DNA from: Nitrospinota bacterium
Lineage (GTDB): Bacteria; UBA8248
Assembly (NCBI GenBank): GCA_036231405.1
Contig: JAZAHK010000024.1
Location: 1 to 11,843, forward strand
DNA length: 11,843 nucleotides
Direction of reading: 5' to 3'
This document shows, one piece after another, positions 4,621-11,843 of the stretch; within the stretch, counting starts at the first letter, position 1, and every line of letters begins with the position of its first letter. The notes below the pieces were generated by a model. The model ran no database searches. It was given only the letters and a program-made list of their open reading frames with translations, and had not been told where the DNA came from. Made by a program: the position numbers and the translations under genes.

Positions 4621-5799
4621 ATGGATTTTCATTTAAGTGAGGAGCAAAAAGGTTTACAGAAATTAGCTCGTGATTTCGCCCGGAATGAATTAATTCCGAA
4701 TTGTGCAGAATTGGACCGTTTCCCTGATGGAGAGGACGCTTTTCCGTGGGATCTCGTTGAACGCGGCTCGAAATTAGGATTTAATAATTTAGCAATTCCC
4801 AAAGAGCATGGTGGACATGGAGCGAGTGTATTAACCCAAGTTTTAGTGATCGAAGAACTATCTGCAGGGGAAGCGGCTGTATCAAAAGTGTATAGCCATA
4901 ACTGGAAAGGAATATCTGGAATTTTGGCTGCTGCTTCTGAGGAGCAAATTGCGAGAATACTCCCAGATTATGTAAAAGATCCAAGATATTGCATTGGGAT
5001 AGGGCTTACGGAGCCAAATTCAGGTAGCGACAATTCACTTCCTTATGATGAGAAAGTTTCTGCAGGCCCGATGCTCTCGGCAGTTCGAGATGGAGACTAT
5101 TACGTGCTTAACGGGATGAAACATTACATTGCTCTTTCTGCACAGTGTAAATATATTTCTATTCTTGCAAGAACGGATAAAAATGTTCCTTGGACAGAAG
5201 GGGTTACTGGATTTATGGTTTTTCCTCCTCAGGATGGATTGGAAATAGGTCGTTTACATGACAAGGTAGGCCTTCGTTTATACCCTCAGAATGAAGTCAT
5301 TGTAAATAATATGAGGATTCCTGTAAGTGATCGCTTAGGAGAAGAAGGTAAATTTCACACAAGCAGAAAAACTGTTGTGAATATTGGAACAGTTGAGGCT
5401 ACCGCTACTGCACTTGGAATAGCAAAGAGATCCTATGAATTGGCCCTTCAATATGCAAGAGAAAGAGTACAAGGTGGGAAGCCAATTATTGAACATCAAA
5501 TTATTTCGTGCCTTCTTCTCGAAATGTTTACACGACTTGAGGCATCACGGTCGATGCTATGGAGATCTGCTTGCAGCATAGATAATGGAATTGATGATGA
5601 TCCAAAACTTGCTCGCGTAACAAAGGCTTTCACTGTAGAGGCCCTAAATTACATCACTACCAAAACGGTAGAAATATGGGGAGGTATGGGAGTGATGACA
5701 GAAGCTCCAGTTGAAAAAGTTTACAGGGATGCAATCCAATTATTCCACATGGGTAGTACAAACCAGGTAAATCTTATGAAAGCTATGCCTGATCTTTAA
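4621..5799 (+). CDS. Acyl-CoA dehydrogenase family flavoprotein (atypical active site)
   Basis: MDFxLSEEQ N-terminus; IPKEHGG; LTEPNSGSD; LNGMKHYI; KVGLR; ERVQGGKPIIEHQ; GGMGV; EKVYRDA. Confidence 0.93.
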   Translation: MDFHLSEEQKGLQKLARDFARNELIPNCAELDRFPDGEDAFPWDLVERGSKLGFNNLAIPKEHGGHGASVLTQVLVIEELSAGEAAVSKVYSHNWKGISGILAAASEEQIARILPDYVKDPRYCIGIGLTEPNSGSDNSLPYDEKVSAGPMLSAVRDGDYYVLNGMKHYIALSAQCKYISILARTDKNVPWTEGVTGFMVFPPQDGLEIGRLHDKVGLRLYPQNEVIVNNMRIPVSDRLGEEGKFHTSRKTVVNIGTVEATATALGIAKRSYELALQYARERVQGGKPIIEHQIISCLLLEMFTRLEASRSMLWRSACSIDNGIDDDPKLARVTKAFTVEALNYITTKTVEIWGGMGVMTEAPVEKVYRDAIQLFHMGSTNQVNLMKAMPDL

Positions 5800-5831
5800 A
5801 AAAGAAAAGAATCATTTCGAAAGGAGGAAAA

Positions 5832-6269
5832 ATGAAGGCGTATGAAAAAAAATTAGGAAGAATTTTTCAGATTCAGTATGAAAAAGGTGATGACTTTTAT
5901 CCTAGTTTAAATGCGTTTGTAAAAGAAAAAAAGATTATGGCCGGAACTGTTTTTTTGATGGGGGCATTAACCCAAACAGAAATGATTTCTGGTTTCAAGT
6001 CAATGGAAGGATATGATGTAGACAGAAGAAGTTTTAACGATTGGAGAGAACTGATAGCTTTAGGTTTTATTAGTTGGCCAGAAGAGCCTCCTCCCGCGTT
6101 GCTTCCTCACGAAAAAGAAGAATGGGTTAGTCCAAGTCCTTATGTTCACATACATATGGCGTTGAGTGGTGGCCCTGGCAATAACGAAGATGTCCTTTGT
6201 GGACATCTAAATGGTGGTTTAATCAAAGGTGGAATGACTCTTGAAATTTATGAACATTTACATATTTAA
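5832..6269 (+). CDS. PPC domain / DUF296 family protein
   Basis: GDD near the N-terminus; GAL; ELIALG; HIH...GHL three-His metal motif. AAGGAGG RBS. Confidence 0.8.
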   Translation: MKAYEKKLGRIFQIQYEKGDDFYPSLNAFVKEKKIMAGTVFLMGALTQTEMISGFKSMEGYDVDRRSFNDWRELIALGFISWPEEPPPALLPHEKEEWVSPSPYVHIHMALSGGPGNNEDVLCGHLNGGLIKGGMTLEIYEHLHI

Positions 6270-6374
6270 AACAGTTCATATTTATCACTTGAGTATCGAT
6301 GTTGAAGGTGCACGTTTTTGCCTCTAAGAATATTCAGTGTCTGTGTCTCGAAACCATGAAACAGAAAGGAACTC

Positions 6375-7748
6375 ATGACTGACATAACTCGTGAGTTGGT
6401 AAGATTTGCTAAAGAGACCAATTTAAGTGATATAAATGACAAGGTTGTTCAAGAGGTCAAGAAGTCTATCCTAGACACGTTGGGTGTAACAATTGCGGGT
6501 AGAAGAACTGAAGTGGCAGAAAAAATTGTAGATTATGTGAGTAATGCAAAAGGGATTGGAAATTCTTCAGTTTTAGGTGAGTCTTTTAAAACAATTCCTT
6601 CATTTGCAGCTCTAGCAAATGGAACTATGGGACATGCTCTTGATTTTGACGATTCAAATAAACTTTTAAACGGCCATGGAAGTGTCACAACCTTTCCAGC
6701 ATCTTTAGCTCTCTCAGAAAAAAATCAGAGTTCAGGTGCACAATTCATAGAAGCCTACCTTCTTGGTTTTGAAGTAGCTTCAAAACTTGGTTCAGTATTG
6801 AATATGGAACTATATGAAAATGGTTGGCATCCTACTGCTGTACTTGGGTCGGTTGGTTCTTGTGTTTCGTCAATACATCTTACTAATCTTTCTGCTGACG
6901 AAGCTTGTTCTGCTTTAGGAATTGTTTCATCCCAAGCTTCAGGATTACGTGCTAATTTTGGTACGATGACAAAACCATTTCACGCTGGAATGGCTGCAGA
7001 ATCAGGTGTCCGGTCAGTAGAATTAGCATCTCTTGGAATGACTTCCAATCAAAATATTTTTGAGGCTAATTCTGGATATGCAAGCGTTTTTAGTAAATTA
7101 GAAAAAATTCAAGACGGTGATTTTATAAGTAGTTTAGGAAATCCATTTTGTTTTGAATCTCCGGGTGTGGATATCAAACCCTACCCTTGTTGTATGTCTT
7201 CGTATAATGCGATTGAAGGAATGTTTTCAATTATTAAAGAAGAGCGTGTGAAGTTGGAAGATGTGGAATCGATTGAGGTGGGTTTGTTGGAAAGTGGGTT
7301 CCTTAACTTGAGTTATCATAGGCCAAAGACAGGTCTGCAAGCAAAATTTTCTGTAGAATATATACTTTCAAGAGTACTTAAAGATGAGAATTTGACAATA
7401 AAAACATTCACGGACGAACTAGTGAATGATCCGCTCATTCAAGAATTCATGGGTAAAATTGATGTAAAAGTTGATAATGAACTAGAGTGGGAGCACCCTA
7501 TGCCTAAACCAACTTTGCTAAAAGTTGCTACCAAAAATGGAAAATTATACGAGAGAACTATCTATACGGCTCGCGGGAAAGCTGAGATGCCATTATCTCT
7601 AGAAGAAGTTGAATTGAAATTCAGAGAATGTGTGGATGGCCTGCTTGAAATTGAAACTACCGATAAAGTTATCAACATCGTAAACGATTTAGATCGAGAA
7701 AAAAGTATTGCCCCTTTGATGAAAGCTCTGTCTGGGTGTAATAATTAG
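6375..7748 (+). CDS. MmgE/PrpD family protein
   Basis: AALANGTMGHALDFDD...GH; GWHPT; GTMTKPFHAG; KPYPCC; AKFS. This looks like a family member rather than bona fide PrpD, so no gene symbol is given. Confidence 0.92.
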   Translation: MTDITRELVRFAKETNLSDINDKVVQEVKKSILDTLGVTIAGRRTEVAEKIVDYVSNAKGIGNSSVLGESFKTIPSFAALANGTMGHALDFDDSNKLLNGHGSVTTFPASLALSEKNQSSGAQFIEAYLLGFEVASKLGSVLNMELYENGWHPTAVLGSVGSCVSSIHLTNLSADEACSALGIVSSQASGLRANFGTMTKPFHAGMAAESGVRSVELASLGMTSNQNIFEANSGYASVFSKLEKIQDGDFISSLGNPFCFESPGVDIKPYPCCMSSYNAIEGMFSIIKEERVKLEDVESIEVGLLESGFLNLSYHRPKTGLQAKFSVEYILSRVLKDENLTIKTFTDELVNDPLIQEFMGKIDVKVDNELEWEHPMPKPTLLKVATKNGKLYERTIYTARGKAEMPLSLEEVELKFRECVDGLLEIETTDKVINIVNDLDREKSIAPLMKALSGCNN

Positions 7749-7778
7749 GATTCACTTCAAAAAAAGAGGTTCTTCACT

Positions 7779-8759
7779 ATGACTACATTACCGACTGTTC
7801 GTACAGTTGGAGTAATTGGAGGTGGCTACGTAGGTCATGGTATTGCTCTTCAATTTGCACAATTTGGGTACAAAGTCCTTGTGTTTAATCGAACAAAAGA
7901 GAGTTCGGAAAAAGCGGTAGATTTGCTGAATAAAAGTTTGGAACTCAGTATTCAGATTGGTTTGTTTGCCGAGAGTAAAAAAGAAGATGTCTTTTCTTCG
8001 ATTTCTTTCGAAAACGATTTTGAAGGTGTCGTTAAAAGAAGTGATTTTATAGTAGAGTCCACAAGTGAAAAATTAGATTTAAAGAGAGAGGTTTTTGCGG
8101 ATATGGATTCTATTGCACCTCCTGATGTGATTTTGGCAAGTGAAACTTCAGGTCTTCTTCTTTCGGAAATTATAGAAGGGATTAATAATCCAGAACGTTG
8201 CATCGTTACTCATAGTTATACGCCACCTTTTTTGATTCCAGTCGTAGAAGTTGTTCCTGGAGATAAGACGAGCCATGCAACCTTAGATAAAACTCTTGAG
8301 ATACTGAAGACAGTTGATAAGACCCCTGTGGTATGCAAGGAAACAATTGGTCATATAGGGGTGAGATTAACGACTGCTCTTAGAAGAGAAGCATTTCATA
8401 TCGTACAGGAAGGGTATGCATCTGCGGAATCAGTAGATAAAGTTTTCAGATCGATCTCTACACTTTTCCCTATTTTAGGTGTTTTGATGTTGTCGGATTT
8501 TTCAGGGATTGATGTCTTGTCCGATGTACACAAAAATATACAGCCTCACTTAAATCACGAAAAAGGAAATGCTCATGTTTTAGAAAATTTATTGAAAGAA
8601 GATGCACTTGGAGTGAAAAGTGGGGTAGGTTTTTATAAATGGGAAAAAGAAGATATGAACAAAATAATGCTCGCTAGGAACCGAGAACTTGCTAGGTGGA
8701 CAAAAAAGGATAGTTTTCCAAAAATTCCAGAGGAGAATGAAAGAACTTATTCTCCGTAA
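7779..8759 (+). CDS. 3-hydroxyacyl-CoA dehydrogenase family protein (atypical motifs)
   Basis: Rossmann GGGYVGHGIA; IVESTSEKLDLK; ILASETSG; His-Glu pair (HSYTPP...VEVV); ALRREA; GVKSGVGFYKW. Confidence 0.88.
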   Translation: MTTLPTVRTVGVIGGGYVGHGIALQFAQFGYKVLVFNRTKESSEKAVDLLNKSLELSIQIGLFAESKKEDVFSSISFENDFEGVVKRSDFIVESTSEKLDLKREVFADMDSIAPPDVILASETSGLLLSEIIEGINNPERCIVTHSYTPPFLIPVVEVVPGDKTSHATLDKTLEILKTVDKTPVVCKETIGHIGVRLTTALRREAFHIVQEGYASAESVDKVFRSISTLFPILGVLMLSDFSGIDVLSDVHKNIQPHLNHEKGNAHVLENLLKEDALGVKSGVGFYKWEKEDMNKIMLARNRELARWTKKDSFPKIPEENERTYSP

Positions 8760-8780
8760 CAAAATAAGGAGTATCAGTAA

Positions 8781-9998
8781 ATGGTTGATTATAATTTAGG
8801 TGAGAACTTAAAAAAATGGCAGTCGAAAGTTGCTGAATTTGCAAAAATAGAATTGAAACCAAATGCACAGGAATGGGATAGGCAGAATGGTATTGATCCC
8901 TCTAATCCATTCCCCTTTGAAACCTTAAAGAAGGCTTCCAAAGAGGGGATAAGGACGTTGACAGTACCAAAAGATATGGGTGGGGAAGGTTTGGGTATTT
9001 TTGCCCATGTAGTTTTATTGGAAGAACTTGTAGCTGGAGAAGCAGGTTTTGGTGCGGTCATACATCAAGGATGGAAACTTGCCAAGATGTTATGTGAACA
9101 TACCAACGAGGAACAAAGAAAAGAATTTTTGCCGCGATTTATGGATGTCGATACAAGTACTATGGCGATTGGAATGACTGAACCTGACCATGGAACCGAT
9201 AATATTCGTCCTGCGACGAATATTGATGGAGGAATGAAGCTTTCCGCAGTTAAAAACGGTAATAACTGGGTCCTAAACGGGAAAAAACATTTTATAGCTT
9301 GTGCTGCAATAAGTAATATCAACTTTTTATGTGCTAGGACGGATCCAAATGTTCCTGTCAATGAAGGTGTAACCTTATTTATTATGCCCGGAGAATTGGA
9401 TGGGTATACTAGAGGAATAGTTCATGGAAAGATGGGGTGCAGGTTACTTATGAATGGCGAAATGATTTATGAAAATGCTGAAGTCCCTGAGGAATGGAGA
9501 TTAAGTGAAGTAAACGATGGTCTTCCATATATGTCACGAGTTTTTTCAAGACACTCCCCAACTACTGCAACTTTTGGATTAGGTATTGCACGTGCAGCAT
9601 ACGAAGATGCCATCGATTATGCTAAAGGGCGTGTCCAAGGCGGTGCCCCTATTATCGAACATGATGAAATTCGTGAACGTATAGCGGATATGTATGTCTC
9701 TATTTCTGTCGCTAGAGATGCAATTTGGCAGGCTGCATGGCACGCTGACAATGCACCCGAAGGGGAGTATGATCATAAAGAGGGAATGAGGGTGAAGATT
9801 TTCGCATCTGATATGGCACCTCAAGTTTGCACTAGCGCTATGAATATTTTTGGTGGAGTTGGATACATGACAACACATTCAGCAGAAAGACACATGCGAG
9901 ATGCTATGATGTGTTATCACATAGATGGTCTCAATGACACTGTAAGATGGAAACTTGGGAGATTAATTGCAGGAGAAAAATTTGCGGGCTCTATCTAA
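8781..9998 (+). CDS. Acyl-CoA dehydrogenase family flavoprotein (second paralog)
   Basis: VPKDMGGEG; MTEPDHGTD; LNGKKHFI; KMGCR; RVQGGAPIIEH; KIFASD; FGGVGY; ERHMRDA. Confidence 0.93.
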   Translation: MVDYNLGENLKKWQSKVAEFAKIELKPNAQEWDRQNGIDPSNPFPFETLKKASKEGIRTLTVPKDMGGEGLGIFAHVVLLEELVAGEAGFGAVIHQGWKLAKMLCEHTNEEQRKEFLPRFMDVDTSTMAIGMTEPDHGTDNIRPATNIDGGMKLSAVKNGNNWVLNGKKHFIACAAISNINFLCARTDPNVPVNEGVTLFIMPGELDGYTRGIVHGKMGCRLLMNGEMIYENAEVPEEWRLSEVNDGLPYMSRVFSRHSPTTATFGLGIARAAYEDAIDYAKGRVQGGAPIIEHDEIRERIADMYVSISVARDAIWQAAWHADNAPEGEYDHKEGMRVKIFASDMAPQVCTSAMNIFGGVGYMTTHSAERHMRDAMMCYHIDGLNDTVRWKLGRLIAGEKFAGSI

Positions 9999-10026
9999 TT
10001 TCGGGGCATCTTGGAGAAATTTGTAA

Positions 10027-11058
10027 ATGAAAGCGATGGTTTTGAAAAAATGGGGAGAGAAATTATCTTTTGAAGAAGTTCCTGATCCTGAACCTAAATA
10101 CTCAGAAGTAATTGTTCGTGTGCATGCATGTGCTCCTGATCAATTCGATGTGACTATTCGTGATGGAAGGGCAGGAGGTAACTTGCCACTGATTTTAGGA
10201 CATGAGATTGCGGGCAAGATTGTTTCGATTGGTAAAGGAGTAGAACATTTCAAGGAAGGGGATAAGGTAGTTGCTCATCCTTACCTTACTTGCGGTCATT
10301 GTAGATTTTGCCAAGTGGGTCGAGAGACCTTATGTCTAAATTTTAAAGGTTATCTGGGAGTCCATTCTGATGGTGGTTATGCAGAATATGTTGCAGTTCC
10401 TGAAAAAAATCTATGTCGATTTCCAGATGGTATCGATTTTGCTTTGGCAACTACAATTGTGAGTCCCGTTGCGACGCCTTTAAAGGCTCTCAAAACCAGG
10501 GCAAAAATTCAACCTGGGCAAACAGTTTTGATAGTGGGTGCATGCGGGGGTGTAGGAATTCATGCAGTTCAGATAGCGAAAGCGTTTGGTGCAAATGTTA
10601 TTGCTGTGGATATTGATGATAAAAAACTCTCTTCTGCAAAAGGTTTGGGTGCAGATCATCTAGTAAATAGCATCAAAAAGGATTTTTCTGATGAAGTTCT
10701 TGAAATCACAGATGGGAGGGGAGCAGATGCTGTTTTAGAATTAGTAGGTACAGATTTAACCTTGCCAAAAAGCTTCCGTTCAATTTCTAGGGCAGGAGTA
10801 CTAGTGGTTGTAGGATTTCAACCAGGAAAGATTTTTGAATGTGATCCCACACGTTTTGTCGATGACGAAATATTAGTTACAGGGTCAAGATATGTGAATA
10901 AGGCAGAGTTGAGTGAAGCGGCTGAATGGATAGGAAACGGAAGAATAAAGCCCGTGATTTCTGGGACGTATGATCTAAAAGATGCAGAACAAGCCCTACA
11001 GGATCTTACATCCGGCAAAATTTTCGGTAGAGCGCCAATTCAAATTATAGAAGACTAA
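10027..11058 (+). CDS. Zinc-binding medium-chain dehydrogenase/reductase (alcohol dehydrogenase-like)
   Basis: GHEIAG; structural Zn motif CGHCRFC(x7)C; DGGYAEY; GACGGVG nucleotide-binding loop followed by AVDID. Confidence 0.92.
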   Translation: MKAMVLKKWGEKLSFEEVPDPEPKYSEVIVRVHACAPDQFDVTIRDGRAGGNLPLILGHEIAGKIVSIGKGVEHFKEGDKVVAHPYLTCGHCRFCQVGRETLCLNFKGYLGVHSDGGYAEYVAVPEKNLCRFPDGIDFALATTIVSPVATPLKALKTRAKIQPGQTVLIVGACGGVGIHAVQIAKAFGANVIAVDIDDKKLSSAKGLGADHLVNSIKKDFSDEVLEITDGRGADAVLELVGTDLTLPKSFRSISRAGVLVVVGFQPGKIFECDPTRFVDDEILVTGSRYVNKAELSEAAEWIGNGRIKPVISGTYDLKDAEQALQDLTSGKIFGRAPIQIIED

Positions 11059-11080
11059 TTTTTTTAAGGAGGGATAGAGT

Positions 11081-11470
11081 ATGGCTAAAGTGTTAAGTGT
11101 GAAAAATCTTCCTGTTGATCAAAAATATGAACCAGGATTCAATCTTACGTTTGGGATTACTGACGAGACAACTGGTATAGAAACTGCAACGTTGGTGAGG
11201 ACGAATTTTCCTCCTGATACTGTTAGTAAACCACATTATCATGAGAATGGGGATTTAATGTGGTATCACATGTCTGGTCCCAAAGCTATTTGGAATATAG
11301 GGAAAGAAAAAGTAGAACATGTAACCGAACCAGGGGATTTTATCTTTATTCCAAGAGGGGAAATTCACAATACCGTGAATAATAGTAAAACTGAGTCAGT
11401 AGAAGGGATTGGAGGTTATGGTGGTTGTCCTAATCCTTATAAGAGTGGAAAAATTTTCGTAGAAATTTAA
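11081..11470 (+). CDS. Cupin domain protein
   Basis: Motif 1 PHYHENGD and motif 2 PGDFIFIPRGEIH. AAGGAGG RBS. Confidence 0.88.
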   Translation: MAKVLSVKNLPVDQKYEPGFNLTFGITDETTGIETATLVRTNFPPDTVSKPHYHENGDLMWYHMSGPKAIWNIGKEKVEHVTEPGDFIFIPRGEIHNTVNNSKTESVEGIGGYGGCPNPYKSGKIFVEI

Positions 11471-11483
11471 GATTTCATTTTTA

Positions 11484-11517
11484 AAATAGCGACAGTCTAT
11501 TAAGACCGTCGCTATTT
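11484..11517. terminator. Bidirectional intrinsic terminator-like hairpin between convergent genes
   Basis: AAATAGCGAC-A-GTCT-ATTA-AGAC-C-GTCGCTATTT: a 14-bp stem with one mismatch (G-U pair on the minus strand), between the stops at 11470 (+) and 11530 (-). Confidence 0.8.
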
Positions 11518-11529
11518 CCTCTGGTTTTT

Positions 11530-11841
11530 CTATGATCTTGGTTGAGGGACGACACGGATATACGGAAGCGGTGTTTCCCAACCTTCAGGATACTTTTCTT
11601 TAGCTTCTTCGTCAGAAACTGCTGGTAGAATAATCACATCATCTCCCTGTTGCCAGTTTACTGGTGTTGCAACTTGTTCTTTTGCGGTCAATTGACAGGA
11701 ATCGAGTAGTCGAAGGATTTCATGAAAATTTCTTCCTGTGCTCATAGGATAGGTTAAGGTCGCTTTTTCTTTTTTGTCTGGCCCAATCAAAAATACTGAT
11801 CGTGCCGGTGCATTGTCCGCGGCTGGTCTACCCTCAGAAGA
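11530..11841 (-). CDS. 1-Cys peroxiredoxin (Prx6 subfamily), C-terminal part; 5' end outside the window
   Basis: The frame stays open to the window edge (SSEGRPAADNAPARSVFLIGPDKK...). Motifs RSVF.IGPDKK, YPMSTGRNF.EILR.LDS.QL, VATPVNWxxGDDVII and PYIR are characteristic of Prx6. Confidence 0.92.
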   Translation of the reverse strand, partial: SSEGRPAADNAPARSVFLIGPDKKEKATLTYPMSTGRNFHEILRLLDSCQLTAKEQVATPVNWQQGDDVIILPAVSDEEAKEKYPEGWETPLPYIRVVPQPRS

Positions 11842-11843
11842 AT

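Noticed and set aside
6375-7748. Assignment as prpD of the methylcitrate cycle
   Set aside because: No prpB or prpC neighbours are present, and the motifs support only family-level membership.
3029-11843. Genomic island integrated at the tRNA 3' end
   Set aside because: I found no duplicated tRNA 3' fragment and no mobility gene downstream in the window; the repeat signals lie on the 5' side.

Overview
Bacterial window with two distinct parts. Left (1-2940) is an accessory, island-like region. It holds two tandem Sel1-like repeat (SLR) genes built from near-identical 108-bp units, each followed by the same 43-bp imperfect hairpin. Two 147-bp direct repeats rich in GTGGTGAAC 9-mers then bracket an AT-rich minus-strand segment encoding a secreted orphan protein. 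The second repeat copy ends 33 bp upstream of an intact tRNA-Leu(TAA) at 2943-3028. Right (3060-11843) is a metabolic region: an alpha/beta hydrolase, a Rid-family gene, and a seven-gene co-oriented cluster (acyl-CoA dehydrogenase-like x2, PPC/DUF296, MmgE/PrpD, 3-hydroxyacyl-CoA dehydrogenase-like, Zn-MDR, cupin). It closes with a bidirectional terminator and the 3' end of a 1-Cys peroxiredoxin. The main points of interest are (i) the cassette-like repeat architecture with candidate recombinase arm sites on the 5' side of the tRNA, (ii) codon-restricted hypervariability in the SLR units, and (iii) non-canonical residues at catalytic positions in most enzymes of the cluster. No integrase, reverse transcriptase, regulator, CoA ligase or ETF gene is visible. 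All family calls rest on motif recognition by eye, without database searches.
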